A stretch of DNA of 64,000 bases from Amoebidium appalachense (GCA_963693365.1 CAVNZM010000012.1:1922001-1986000), one strand, 5' to 3'; positions 28,480 to 42,423 are shown, counted from the first letter of the stretch. Notes: generated by a model not told the origin, from the sequence alone. Numbers and translations are program-made.

Positions 28480-30255
28480 TTAATGATGCGACACATCATT
28501 AGTGCGGCCGTTGGCGATGGCCACACGTGTGCCCCACTCCAACAGCTCACGTGTGCAGTCATTCTTGTCCGTGATGCACTCAATAAACGCCAGCCCATCG
28601 TGCGCCTGCGCCTCCTTCACCGCATTAACAAGCTCCGCCTCCGTCGAAGCTCGCCAAGACTTGGCGTTTCCTTCGCCGGCCGAGAAAACATCGATAAGGC
28701 CCTTGTAGTCCCAGTTCTTAATGATGTTGTAAACACCGTCGTGAATTTCAACCTCGATAGTGTACCCCTTGTTGTTGATGAGGAAAATGATTGGGTTTTG
28801 GCCATAGCGAATCATCGTAGAAACCTCCTGCGCCGTCAGCTGGAACGAGCCGTCGCCGATCATTGCCACCACGCGTTTCTTTCCTTCCAAACCCATAGCG
28901 TAACCCAAAAGCGCACCGACAGACCAACCGATAGACCCGTATTGCATTTGGAACTCATAGCCGCAGCCGGAGGGAAGATGCATTTTCTGGCCGTGGAACC
29001 AACTATCGCCCGTTTCAACGAGCAGGGCGGTATCTGGGGTTAACAGTTGCTGCACCTGGTTGTCGATGTTGCGTGTAGTGAGCGGCATGTTGGGATCTGC
29101 GTTGGGCACGTACGGGTGTGAGGGTTCGTGCGCCTGAAGCCGGCGGTAGGTCTTCATTGTCATGTCCTTAGGCATGCTCTCAATGCGCTTGGCAAGCGCA
29201 CGCACAAACTCAGCCATGTACACACACCCATACTCTCCCTTGGGTGTGATGACACGGTTGGGCTCCACGCGCACAATGCGGTTCCAGTTGAGTAGAGCCG
29301 TGTAGCCGACGGTGCTGTAATCGTTGAAAAGAGGGCCCACGAAAATCTGCAGGTCAGCGCTGTCGACAGTAGCGGCGGTGCAGGGGCTAGAGATCTGACC
29401 CCACCACAAACCAATGAAGTTCTCGAAGGTCTCATCAATCATTCCCTTGGCGTCGGGCATAATCGCCAGCACGCAACCACCGGCGCGGGCAAGGTCAGTG
29501 GTAGCGTGACGGGCGTTGCAGGAGCGCGTCTTCACACCGGCCACGATAACAGGGTTGACAGATTTCTCCCACAGTTTGTACACCGCGTCGACGGCGGCGC
29601 TCAGAGACTCGGGGTTGCTGGGACGAACACCCTCAATGTGAAACGGGATAGGCATGGAAACGGGGGCAGTAGCAATGTTGCATGCCAGAGAGATGTACAC
29701 GGGCTTACGTTCCTTGATGGCGGTAGAGAAAGCAAGGTCGATCTGCGCAGGCGCCTTCCAAGGATGGCGGATTTCGATAGCCTTGGCAGTGACTTGCTCG
29801 AAACAACGCAGCTCCTGCGAACGATTTTCCTCTCCCGTTGTGTGGTGCAAAATACGGTCAGAGCCATAATCAAGATGGTTAGGTCCACCGCACACGATGA
29901 CAACAGGTAGGTCGGCAGAGTAGGCGCCAGCAATCGCGTTGATAGCAGACAAACTACCAACGGTGAAGGTAACAAACACAACGGCCACACCGCCGGTGGC
30001 GCGGGCGTATCCGTCGGCGGCGTAGCCCGCGTTCAGCTCGTTGCAGCAGGAAACAAGACGCATTTCGGGGAAACGCAGAATCTCGTCAAGAAGCACCAAG
30101 TTGAAGTCCCCCGGAACGACAAAGTAGTCCTTGACGCCCACGTCGACCATGCGACGTGCAAGGTAGGTGCCGACAGTGCTCGGGACGGTGCCGGCGAGGA
30201 ACTTGGCGGCACGTTCGTGCGCGGGCGGGAGAACGGCTTCGGTAAGGGCAGACAT
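28480..30255 (-). CDS. PDC: Pyruvate decarboxylase (ThDP-dependent), plant/Zymomonas-type, intronless, 591 aa
   Basis: Motifs VPGDFNLVLLD, CCNELNAGYAADGYAR, ILHHT, ETGDSWF, QMQYGSIGWSVGA, ThDP motif GDGSFQ...LINN, YTIEVEIH, and C-terminal ELLEWGTRVAIANGR. Confidence 0.97.
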   Translation of the reverse strand: MSALTEAVLPPAHERAAKFLAGTVPSTVGTYLARRMVDVGVKDYFVVPGDFNLVLLDEILRFPEMRLVSCCNELNAGYAADGYARATGGVAVVFVTFTVGSLSAINAIAGAYSADLPVVIVCGGPNHLDYGSDRILHHTTGEENRSQELRCFEQVTAKAIEIRHPWKAPAQIDLAFSTAIKERKPVYISLACNIATAPVSMPIPFHIEGVRPSNPESLSAAVDAVYKLWEKSVNPVIVAGVKTRSCNARHATTDLARAGGCVLAIMPDAKGMIDETFENFIGLWWGQISSPCTAATVDSADLQIFVGPLFNDYSTVGYTALLNWNRIVRVEPNRVITPKGEYGCVYMAEFVRALAKRIESMPKDMTMKTYRRLQAHEPSHPYVPNADPNMPLTTRNIDNQVQQLLTPDTALLVETGDSWFHGQKMHLPSGCGYEFQMQYGSIGWSVGALLGYAMGLEGKKRVVAMIGDGSFQLTAQEVSTMIRYGQNPIIFLINNKGYTIEVEIHDGVYNIIKNWDYKGLIDVFSAGEGNAKSWRASTEAELVNAVKEAQAHDGLAFIECITDKNDCTRELLEWGTRVAIANGRTNDVSHH

Positions 30256-30399
30256 TTTTTTGATGAAAGGCTGGTAGAAACTTGAATTGTTGTGTTGTAG
30301 ATGACTGTTTGGTTAGAATGCTACGACCACCACTATGCTGATCGTTGTGCATTGACTGGATTGAATCTCGAAAAAGAATGATCTTGGGTTGCTGTGATG

Positions 30400-30515
30400 T
30401 GCGTTTATATACTGTGGCGCCGGGAAACGGATTGTTTTGATTGGCTTAAACGGAAAAGTTTCATTTGCCGCTCTTTGATTGGTACGTTTACTCTTTGTTT
30501 GTTTCGATTGGCAGT
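30400..30515 (-). promoter_or_regulatory. Probable PDC core promoter: TATA plus three CCAAT boxes
   Basis: Minus-strand TATATAAA at ~30404-30411. GATTGG (CCAATC on the gene strand) at 30439, 30477 and 30506, 150-260 bp upstream of the ATG. Confidence 0.5.
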
Positions 30516-31791
30516 TTGGTTCCTACTGTAGGGTTTGAAATTTTAACACTCCCTGTAGATCTGCCGGAGTTTGCACATTCCCCCCCAGTTTCAAAACAGC
30601 AACAAAAAGGCTGGAGATATCGTTGCGAGCAAGCTGGATACAGGTATGATTAATAAAATATAAAAAGGTGAGAAGAAATAAAAAGCAAACTGCTACCGCG
30701 AGATAGATATATTGTTATAAGCCTGAGAGGGTCTAGCAAAGCCACACAATAACGCTTTCTCGATCGTCCGTGGTTGTGGCCACCCTCTGCAGGCTTTCTA
30801 ACCCCGAAGGCTTTCGAGCCCCGGCCACCCGGGCCCGTTTGGAGGCCCCTGCACGACGTCGCGAACAATAGTAGCTACAACAACAAACAACCTACCTGTA
30901 TGCAACGGTGTGCGTAGTTGTATCTAAAGTATTATGAACCCCTTATTACTTGCAACAGAGGGACTGGGCGCCGTTAAATGTTACAGAAGCGCGGCAGGTA
31001 ATAGCTGCTGCACCTGGAGAGTGCTGTAAGTTCATGACAATGTCATCAAGAGCTTGTTGCAAAACGTGAACCGTGTCCCGTGTGCAGACACCTTCTTTGC
31101 GTGCTGGTAGATTCGGCAGCGGTACGCAGGCACGTGCCTTCAGAATGGCCTTTGACGTTTTTCAAAAGCAACCTGGTTCGAATTTCCCGTACGGACTTCG
31201 GCTTCTTTGATGCTTAAACAGATGCACAGTTGTACAAGTACATCTGAGATTGCTCTGGATGGTCCAATAACTACTACATGTAGCTAGCACTGTGTGCACA
31301 CTGTTCAACCGTATATGTATATTTGCCTCGCCTTACTGAGGATTTTATGGTAATCTTTAGTAGTAGTAACTGTTGTGTGCTAACGACGTTACATGTGTGA
31401 CAGGGGTAGACCAGGTGGTGGACGTGTCGTTTAGAGGGAAGGGAGGAGAGGCTTCAGAGGGGGAGGGGAGCGAGGGAGGGGGGCAAGAGGCGGGAGGCCT
31501 AGGGGAGACCGGGGGGGGGGGGGGGGGGGGGGGAGGGGGGGGGGGGGGGGGAGGGGGGGGGGAGGGGGGGAGGGGGGTGGGGGGAGGGGGGGGAGGGGGG
31601 GGGGGGGGGGGAGGGGGGGGGAGGGGGGGGGGGATATTATGTCTGTGGCACTCAGTCTGTCGGGATCAACTTGTATCATTGTTTTACGGTATTTAGGGCC
31701 TGTAATCAAGGAGTGCACAGGCATGAAAATCAGCGAAGTTCTGCTGCCTTCTCCAGATGTCGTTCTGTAATGAAGTTTCTACTACATCTCC

Positions 31792-31838
<47 letters not shown>

Positions 31839-32295
31839 CCCTCTCCCACCCCCCGACGTCCCTCCACCTTCTGGTCCCCCTTCCTCCCCCCCCCCTCCAC
31901 CCCCGGGCCCCGCCCCTCTTCTCTCTCCCTCCACAGCGGGCCCAGCCCACAAGAGTCTTGCTGGCAGTGATTATTCTCTCCACACACCCAGCATCGTGCA
32001 ACAGAAAGAGCTAATGAAGAAGAAATTTTCAATATACCTATACGGTTGCATAGGGACCTTGGGAAAGTTTTAAGACTCACTGTCCCAGACTGGTGGCAGT
32101 GCCAATATCATCATGAATTGAAAAAAGCGGTGGTGGTGGTGATTGCAATGGTCGTCGTTATTGTTCGGTGATGTCAGTGTTGTTGTAGTAAAAAGTGACT
32201 GTGAGCTTTCACAACAATTTAAGCTCCCAATAATCTTCCCTCCCTCCCCCTTATACCCTCACCCACCATTCACACCCATCCCTTCCCCCCTCCTC

Positions 32296-32338
<43 letters not shown>

Positions 32339-32990
32339 ACCCATCATGAATACACATCCCCCCCCCCCCCCCCCCCCCCCCCTCCTCCACTCCCCTTCTT
32401 CTTCCGATATTTGAATATTTAATCCTACGCTTACTATATCGTCAACATCCCACATCCAGACCGTGGACGTGCACAAAAGCCGTGTAGAAATCCCAAAAAA
32501 AAAATAAAAAATGCTGCAATAAAACCGAGACCTTGTATTTCGTCCAAGACTTCCGCAATTCAAAGAAAAGATAAGAAAGTATTTTCCAGTAAAGTCATAA
32601 TCCTGTAACCCTCCGAAATTTTTGAGCAATACATACACTCCATTCAAAACACGTTTGAAGTTTAAACAATCACAAGGTCCACAAAACCAATGTACTAACA
32701 TCCTACTTTAACTACTTTCCCTTCCCCTACTTTCACACATCCCTTCTCGTCTTCCTCCCTCCCCCTCCTCCGTTTTTCTGCACCCCCCCCACCCCCCCCA
32801 CCCCCCACCCCAGTCATGCCCCCCTCCCTCTCCCTCTCCCTCTCCCCCCCCCCCCCCCCCCCCCTCCCCCCCCCCACCCACCCACCCACCCACCCACACT
32901 CGTTCGACCTCACAAAACCCCACCACCAAAACTCAATTCCAACCACAATACTCAAGCTTTTATTGTTCGAACCTCAAAAACCCCACACAC

Positions 32991-33243
32991 TCACTGCCCC
33001 TCTCCTCCGGAAAAGGCTTCAGCCACACACAAAGACCCACACGTCCAAAATTCGTCAAACCCCCGTGTTGTGCGGTAACACCGGCCCAGGCAGCCACGGA
33101 AACGACGGGCACGGCGCCGTTCGGTAGGGGTGGGAGGCTGCTCCTGATCGGGTCCGGCACCGAGAGATTGGAGAACCTGAGCAAAAAAGGATGTTAGTTA
33201 CGATTTGTGTAGAGGGGATAGGATTATGAAAAATGGAGGGTGT

Positions 33244-33274
<31 letters not shown>

Positions 33275-34386
33275 GGGGGGATGGAAGCGACAGGGGAGAT
33301 TAAAAAGTAGGTCTTCTTCCTTTTTTTTTTTTTTTTTCTTTTTCTTTTTGGTCATTCCTTCAGGTACACGTTAAAGGTTTCAAACGTTATGCGAAGGGGG
33401 ACTAGCAGCGGTGCCGGCACTAAAAGGTTCAAAAGGGGTTCTATCTTTTCCTTTTCCTTTGATTCATTTATTTATTTACTTCTTTTCTCCTTTTTGGGGG
33501 GGGAGGGGGGGGATACATATTGCAACTATCGAACTGCCCGTTTTAAATTAAGCATACCCGTTGGATGACAAATTGCAGGGCCGAAAAATAAAAGTCTGCA
33601 CGTGTGTTCGCGTATGTGCAAGTGGTTGCGCGTATGTACACGTGTTTAACTTGATTTTTATGGCGGCAGCCGGGGAGGGAGGGGGGGGGGGGGGGGGGAG
33701 GGCGGAGGGTGGAGGGGCGGAGGGTTGGGGGGGGGGGGGGGGGGGGGGGGGAGGGGGGGAGAGGAAAGGAATGACCCATGTGTTCCTTCACAACACTCAC
33801 ATTGTTCACACAGACACTCCCACACGAGTAGAAGGTGTCAAAGTTGTTCCTGGTGCTGTAGCATTGTTTGAGGCAGCCACGAAATTCCGCTGTAAGGGGG
33901 TCATTCTCCACAGAAGGGGGTGGAGGGGGATTGGGGCGCGCCCTCCCTTCCCACCCGCGGTCCCACCCGCGGTCTCCCGATACTCCCGGAGGTCCCATGG
34001 GCATCATATTTCCGGCAGGGTTGTTGTAGACAGTAGGGCCGGTGATGACGACATTTGGAACGTTGGGAGGGTTGGGGGCAAAACTTGCTGGGCCGGAAGG
34101 AGGAGCAGGTGGGCGAGTGGTGGCCTCCTGACCAATAGGATGCGAGTGTTAGGTTTCTAAATTTAGTCTGGAAAACCATATGGGGAAGGCAATGTGGGGC
34201 GGTAGGGGGCGGGGAGGGGGGGGGGAGAGGAGGAGGGGGGGGGGGGGGGGGGGGGGAGGGGGGGGGGGGGGAGGCAGGAAATGGAAGGAGAATGTTGGGT
34301 TTATCGAAAAAGGTCTCCTGGCGTGGGCAGGGGGGCGGGCGGGCGGGCGGGCGGGCGGGTGGTGGTGGTGGTGGTGGTGGTAGTGT

Positions 34387-34432
<46 letters not shown>

Positions 34433-34440
34433 GGGGCGGG

Positions 34441-34478
<38 letters not shown>

Positions 34479-35115
34479 AATCGGTGTTTTTTAATTTGTA
34501 TTTGATGATTGGAGGAAAGGGGGAGGGCGGGGGGAAGGGGGGGGGGGGGGGGGGGAGGGGGGAGGGGTACGAAGCAGGGAACCAAAAGATATGATCTGAT
34601 CTTCCCCTCCCTCCCCCCCCCCAAAAAAAAATAAAAAGTAAAACAAAAAATAAATAACTGAAATAAATAAAAGGAGTTGCAATGGGAATAAGAAGAATGA
34701 AAGAAAAAGTTCTCTCTACCTTTCCTTAATCCCCAACCTGAAATCTCATTGCCCACCCAACCATCTCCTAACGGCATCCCTTTTTAAAAGCATTCCAGGG
34801 CTCCCTTCAAATTAAATTTCGTCTACAAATTATCCCTCCTCCCCACCACTGCTCTCCCGATACCACTGAACGAAGTAAAGGTGTTCACAAAAGAAAAGAA
34901 TGTGAGCAGCCTGAAGCACAAAACTGAGTGACGAAGAAAAATGAGGTGGGGTGGGGTGAAAAAAAGTGCGAAAAATCATATGAATGGTCGATTTATGGAA
35001 TGATTATTAAGGGAAGCCTTTCTTTTTCCACATTACTGCATTTCTTCATTGATGTGTGTCTGGTAGGATAGGGTTGGTGGTGGACAGGTGGACGGGTTGG
35101 GCGGGCAGAGGCGCC

Positions 35116-35168
<53 letters not shown>

Positions 35169-36024
35169 GGGGGGATTATTTACCAACAGTAGGGCCGTTG
35201 CCGTTGAATTTGTTGCATTTGCAGCCAACTCAAGAGCCAATCGCGCGTGGCGAACAACACTCCCCGCATCACGCTTTGCAGCGGCCAAACCAGCGTGAGC
35301 TTTGTCACGTGACTTGCATGTCTCACGCGCGTGAGACTCCGCACGTGGGGCATCTGCCATCGTCTCTGCCACGTGTTTTTCGGCATCGTTTGCAGCACGG
35401 ACGGTTTCTTGCACATGTTTTTCGAGGGATGTCGCGGATTTCTGTGCAATTTTTTCCTCTCTTTCGGCTCTTGCGAGCGTCCGATTGGCGTCAGATCGGG
35501 CTTGATTGCGTGCGATTGTGATTGCAGCGCGGACTTTGGAGAGGGAGGCGTCCATCTGGGTGAAGAGGATGCTGGCAGAGAAGGCGTCTTCGCTGGCATT
35601 GCGCGAGCAATTTCTGGCAAGTTCCTGCGTGAATTCACACTCAGTAGGGGGAGATCTTTATAAGAATAACCTTTAATACATAGTAGCTTGGTCACTTTAA
35701 AAAAGAATAACAATTGTGAAAAATAATTGTTTGGTGTAGTTCAATAACAATATACTCAAACCATATAAATCAGATGTAACTGTACAAAGTATAAATCGAT
35801 CTTGCAACAGATAACAGGTGGTGGTATCTTCGTCTTGTCGCGCGGGGGGGGGGGGGGGGGGGGGGGGAGGGGATGGGGAGAAGGGGGGGGGGGGGGGGGG
35901 GGGGGAGCTTGATCATTGGTAAAAACTGTAACAGGTTAGGTGTGCGTTTCTTGAATGGAGCAGGGCAAAGTTGAATGGATGAAAGCAAGGGTAGCTGTCA
36001 CAAGGAAGAAGACCTGGGAGTCCT

Positions 36025-36064
<40 letters not shown>

Positions 36065-36967
36065 GGGGGGGTTTGCTGACGAGACAGCGGGGGTACACTG
36101 GAAAATAGGTTCTTCCAATCCTCGTTTTCTTTCAAGGGGAGGGGCGTTGGAGGAGGGGGGTAGGGGAGGGGGGGGGGGGGGGGGTAGAAGGGGGAAGGAG
36201 GAGGGGGAGGGGGAGGGGGAGGGAGGGAGGGGGGGGGGGGGGGGGGCACGTGCATGCCCGCAAACACGCACATCCCAATGCCAATTTCTCCACACGCACA
36301 CAGACATACCGACACACTTTCTTTCCCATATCTCGATTTTGGTATCCTACTAAACACTCACCACTGCACGCATGTACTCAGCCGACCCCTCGGCACCTGG
36401 CCGTGCAGCAGCCATGGGGGGTGATGGGCCCATATCTCCCTCCATCATTTCACCCCCCATCATATCAACTCCCATCATATCACCACCCATCTGTGTCGAA
36501 AACTTGAAGGTAAGTGCGAGCAGAGGCACGTAAGGGATTGAAACCAGAGAGAGAGAGGAGGGGGGGGAGGGGGGGGAAGAGTGAAGAAGCAGGGAAGAGC
36601 TGTGGGAGGGGAGGGAGGGGCAGAGAGGGGAGGGGAGTGGGAGGATAAGGGGCAGGGAGGGGGGGAGAGGGGGAGGGGGATGGAGCTTAATGCAAGGCTG
36701 AAAGAGAAGGGGTGAGAACGAAAGGGCAAAAGACTAAATTAAAAGAGTAGAAATCGCCTATCTTGCCACTAATGACTTCAGGTTGGGGGTGAAGAAGAGG
36801 GACGAAAAGGGCCAGATGTTTTTTCTTTCTTTTTTTTTTTTTTTTCCGCGGGGGGGAAGGGGGGGGGGAGGGGGGGGGGGGGGGGGGGGGGGGGGGTAAG
36901 GAGAAAGAATGGAAAATGTGGCATTGTGTAGGAGCATGCAAGTGCAACGCAGTAGTAATAACCCCCC

Positions 36968-36998
<31 letters not shown>

Positions 36999-37215
36999 AA
37001 AAAAAAAGCATGAGGTACATGGTTGTACTTTTTGAATAGACACAACCATGTAAAGATAAACCTATCCCGTTCCCACTTCCCCCCCTCCCCCCTCCCCCCA
37101 CCCCTGCCCCCCATCACCCACAAGCCTCGGCTCTTCCCCTTCATGACCTCCTCGCCTCCCAGATGCACACACACAAATCACACACACGCACTCCCCTTGA
37201 AACCAAAATGGAAGG

Positions 37216-37310
<95 letters not shown>

Positions 37311-37612
37311 CTTTGCGGCAAGAAAAGAAACAGCAGAGCAACAGAGAGAAAGTTGGTTAATCCCTCCATTCGCACACACCTGAAGTCCCCCCCCCCCCCC
37401 CCCCGTTTTTTTTTTTTTTTTAAAAAAAAATAAATAAAGAAAGAAAAAGCATGCACACTATCATCACCATTACATCCACACGTGACTTTGATAAACTCCG
37501 TGTTAGCAATATAATCATCCACCATGTATGGCTCGATCTGCCCCGCCACAGCTCCGACCCAAAAAAGGCAGGCGGCCAGAAGCAGCCACACCCTCTCAGA
37601 CCGTGAACCCAT
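32991..37612 (-). CDS. Secreted precursor 'A': signal peptide, Met/Gly/Asp-rich segment, Ala-rich helical domain, Pro-rich linker, two CX3C-X12-CX3C modules
   Basis: Exons: 37612-~37480 (MGSRSERVWLLLAACLFWVGAVAGQ; donor uncertain), 36490-36378, 35655-35184, 34127-33801 (…AEFRGCLKQCYSTRNNFDTFYSCGSVCVNN), 33176-32991 (…ERRRARRFRGCLGRCYRTTRGFDEFWTCGSLCVAEAFSGGEGQ*). Exons 2-5 are phase-compatible GT-AG. Confidence 0.8.
37219..37308. repeat. (TA)n microsatellite, ~90 bp, in intron 1 of gene A
   Basis: Uninterrupted TA dinucleotide run. Confidence 0.95.
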
Positions 37613-38013
37613 GTTGATGCAGTTGGAAAACGGTTGGGAATTGAGAAATTTCTGGGGGGGGGAGTATGGGGTCAATTGGTGCTGCACGTGCTTGCAATGC
37701 CTTGCGTGAGTATTTTTCTGTGTGTGTATGAGTACGTGCATGCCTGACGATGTGGTGTGCATGCGAGTGCAGGTGTCATGCAGCCTGTGCGCATGGGCCT
37801 GTGTATGGCCGCGCGTGTGTGTGCATGGGATGTGTTGCGTGTGTGAGAGGGGCCGAGGTGAAGCGAGGGCAAATGAGAAATTAATGTTTGTTCATGTTTG
37901 CTTCCTACGCTCGCAAAAGGCTCTTGGAATGGATGAGATGTAGATCTGGTCTCAGCTCTTTTGTCCCGATTTTCGAACACATTAAAGCATTTCTTACTAA
38001 TCCTCTTCCAACA

Positions 38014-38090
<77 letters not shown>

Positions 38091-38477
38091 AACAAGAAAA
38101 GAAAAGAAAAAACGGTAAGATATCATTTTCTGCCTCCCCCCCCTCCCCTCCCCCAACACCACCACACGCACGCGCACACACGGGCGCTCACACACAAGCA
38201 CGCACATGCATGCACATGCACGCACACGCACGCACACGCACATACACGCACACACAGGCACACATGCAAGCACCTCCCGCAAAGTTTGTAAAAAAAGACT
38301 ATGTTTACAATTTAAACTCGTGAAAGAGCTACGGTAATGGTTTTCACTAAAAACCAAAAAAAAAAAAAAAAAGGTGGGGGGGGGGGGGGGGGGGACAAAG
38401 ACCAGGAACTTAAAGAAAGAATAACAACCTCCCCCTCCCCGCTCCCTTCTCCCCCCCCCCCCCCCCTTCCCTCCCCC

Positions 38478-38508
<31 letters not shown>

Positions 38509-39618
38509 ATGCACAAAAGAAAAAGAAGGAAAGAAAAGAAGAAAAAAAATTATCAAACGGTGAGCTGCAAGTGGCAGCACACACAAACCTTTACACTGGG
38601 TTCCGGGACCCCGTAGAAACCACTGAAACATCAACAGAACCACATTAAATAACTGAGTTCGTTTCAAATACGTTTCCCTTGGCTATATACCACATCACTC
38701 ATATGCACACAGTACCTTGGTACCCACACAGGAGCCAACTGAAAGTCATGTGATGCCTGTGCAGCCATTTATAATTTCGGACACATTCCAACACAGATCA
38801 CCCACAAGCCACCAGTCCCATCTGATAACGTCCTGCTAAAAAGATCAAATTCCTTTGTTTTCTTTTCTGCTCTAAAGCTTTCTGTAGGCTTCTATCCTTT
38901 GTTCTTAGTGCTTCCAAATCTTGCAAAAGCAAAGGTACTTTCTAGTAATTGGTAAGCAAAACAATGACGTCCTATGCAGGGCAAACCCCACTCCACCCCC
39001 CTCCCCTCCCCTCAAAAAAAACGAAGGAAAAAAAAGGAGAAAAAATGATTTTAATGCATATTCTTGTCCATTTGCTCCCACATGTTGCTATCCTGACAAT
39101 CTTCGACCAATCACTTCACAGCACGTGTCTCCTGGGAGCGCGCATGCCCTCTTTTTGGTTCCGTGAGCAGATTACGACATTGCACGTGTTATTCCCCGTG
39201 CTCTCGGGTCCAAACTGTTATGAGCCACCCCGTTTTTTACAGATCAGTTTCAATGTCGTGTCATTTCAATTTGATGCAAAACTGTTTCGTGTTTTCGTCG
39301 ACATTTCGGCAAATTATTTGAGTTTTGGTTTGTCTGATGTCGTGTTATTGTTTCGACTGGGTGTTGTTTGCTCTACTGGCAGGAACACGTACGTTAAAGT
39401 TAGTAAGCAGCATAGAAGTAGGTTTGATGGAGAATAAATTCAGTCAAAAGAAAAGGAAGAAAAAATAGACACACGTGCGTGTTCACGTGTTAGTACATCG
39501 GTGTGTTGTTTAGGTATTCGGTGTATTCGGGTGGTAGCCTAAATTATACTATTGTCGTTTCACCCGCAGGTGCACCGGGGTGGTGTGTGTGTGTGTGTGT
39601 GCGTGCGTGCGTGCGTAC

Positions 39619-39685
<67 letters not shown>

Positions 39686-39717
39686 TGTGTGTGTAGCATT
39701 GCGTGTGTGTATGTGTG

Positions 39718-39748
<31 letters not shown>

Positions 39749-39989
39749 TTGGGGGGGGGGGGGGGGGGAGGGAGGGAAGGGGGGGAGAATGGGGAAAAGG
39801 AGGTTTATGAGGGAGGTGGGAGGGGGGGGGGGGGGGGGTGAGAAGCTGAAAGTGGGGGGCAGAGGAGAGGTGCCGCGAGGGCCAAGGGGAGAGGGGGGGG
39901 GGGGGGGGGGGGGGGGGTGGGGGGGGGACTCTGCCGGCCTAAATGCAAGGTAATGATTCAATTGGAAGAGAGAGTAAGCCTCTCCCCCC

Positions 39990-40022
<33 letters not shown>

Positions 40023-40735
40023 ACACGTACACATACACACACATCCTTGTTCTGTAACTGAAAATATGGGATAAATCACAAATGTTTCGTGAATTGAATT
40101 TAAAACTTTTATATTCGGCAAGCCTTCCGGGAAACGTCTCAACGGGACACCCTTTCACACACACAAAACACATCACCTAGTCCAGACCCCCCCCTCCCCC
40201 CCTTCCTCCCCCCAACTCTTCCCCCCCCCCCCCCCCCCCCCCCGATCCCCCACACACACTCCCGATCTACATCCGTGGTAAACATATGAAATTCTTCAAA
40301 CTTTAGGTTTCTTCGAGGAATAATTCCGAACACATTTCGTGGTAGGTGGCAGGGAGGCAGAAGCTTATAGTTTTTTTATAGAACGCAACTTTGGGAAAAC
40401 AAAACTGAATGGGGGTGTGGTGGTGGTGGTGGTTTTTTTTTTTTTTTTTTTTTTTTTTGGGGGGGGGGGGGGGGAAGAAGGGCCCGGGAGAGTTGGGGGG
40501 AGGGGGGAGGGTTTTGGGAAAGGGGAAGGGGGGAAGGGGGGGGGCAGCTTATCATCATTGTGTTAGCAGGCATGTGGTGTGATAGGAACTTCTACATTAT
40601 AACTTGTACACCTAAAAGTCACATATCTCACGATTCAATACATCTTAAATACAAAAAACCAAAGTCACATCATTTACGATCCAATCAAATGCCGAAAAAT
40701 CACAGTCACGTGACCAGCACGGACCAATCAGAACC

Positions 40736-42389
40736 TCAACCGAGCTGAGCCAGTATGCACCCAAGCGCACACTGATAAAATGGCCCGAATTGATTGGTTG
40801 TTCGGTAGCACTGCCCCACGCACCCACGGAAACGCTGAGAGGCCACAATCCGTTGGGCCGCCTGGCGCTGTTGGGGGCTTGAGGAGACACCGCTGACAAA
40901 CTGTGTGTGTGTAAGGGGGGGAGGGGGGAAGGGGGGGAGCTGGAGGATATGCGTGCGTGTGGGGTGGGTTTGGGGGTTGGTGGGTACCGGTGTGGGGGTG
41001 GGGGTGGGTGCGTGAGTGCGTGTCTGTGTGTGTTTTGATGACGGGGGGAAGGGGGGGGGGGGGGGGGGGGGGGGGGAGGTGGTATTTGCACAATGTTAAG
41101 AAGCAAACAACAACTTTTGGGATCAATACACCAGAAAAAGTCCCAAAAAAAGAGGTGTGGGTAGATGCACAGAAACTTTGCAACAAAAAGGCAGAATTCC
41201 CAGACATTAGTAAACATTTTACAGGTAACATAGCCGCCGCCCCCTCCTCCCCCCCCCCCTCTCCCTACCCCCTCCCTTGACCCCCTCCCCCCACCCCTCC
41301 CCTTGCCGATCCCTCATGCCCTCTCCGACTCCCCCCCCCCCCCCCCCTCTTACAAGCCCCTTGAAAAAGGAAACCTGCTTTCCCCCCTTCCTCTGACCCT
41401 TTTATTCCAATTCGACTCTTTTTGTTCCCCTCAATGCCACCACCAGAAAATAAAGTAAACACAATCAGAGCCCAGATGAAACAGAATATAACTTCTGAGC
41501 AACACGTGGTGTGAAGAAAGGACAAAGGGGTGTTTTTCAAAGCTTTCAATACGTGGATGTTCAGGGGCACTACATGTTATGGAGGGACACAAGAGAGGGA
41601 TGGGGTGGGCGGGCTGGCACGGGCTGACTTGGGGTGGAGGGGGGAAAAGGGAGGAAGGGGAGGGAGGGCGGAAAGAGGAGGGGGAGGGGGGGGGGGGGGG
41701 GAGGAAGGAAACTTACAGTAGGGAGGCATGCCCTCTGTCCACACACCCAAAAAGTACCAAAATTACCACGAGCGTTGCCGTAGCAGTCTGCAAGACAGGT
41801 TTGGGCTCGGGTAACCAGACCAACATCGATCTGGCGGCGATGGCGATTGGAATTTCCAGGGTTGGAAAGTTGGGGCATTGACGGGAAGGAGGGCGCGGTG
41901 GGCGATGTGAGAAGGTCGACAAGGGTATTGAGAGACGATGGGTCTAGGGTGATGCTGGACGGGTGCAGCTGCTGCATACTGGCCTGTTGGACGATTGTGA
42001 TTGGGTTCAAATCATTGCTGTTCGATTGTATGCCTGTGTGATTTCAAAAATGCGGTTCCATGGGGGCATATAACCACGCACGGAGGGAAGTGAGCGATGG
42101 TGGTGCTCTCGGATTGGTGGATATACATGCCCCTGATCAGATTTCCGTTTTTGGAAATTCACATTTTTTTTGGTGGTGGTGGTGGGGGGGGGGGGGGGGG
42201 GGGGGGGGGAAGGGGGGCGGGGGAGGGGGATACAGAGATACTGTAAAACAAGTGAGCTTGTTGGTGGGCCTGCATAAGGCAAAGAAGTTTTTTTTTGTTT
42301 TGATTTTTTCCTAGTAGGGAGGAGGGGGGGGGTCGAGGGGAAGAAAGGGAGTTAGGTTGAAGGGGGGGGGGGGGGGGGGGGAGGCAGTA

Positions 42390-42423
<34 letters not shown>

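Noticed and set aside
28381-29910. Long plus-strand ORFs overlapping PDC
   Set aside because: Antisense shadows of a codon-biased real gene.
31050-31215. CRHLLCVL-like string suggesting a SWIM zinc finger of a MULE remnant
   Set aside because: It needs frameshifts, has no intact CxC half and no other transposase motifs nearby; too weak to call.
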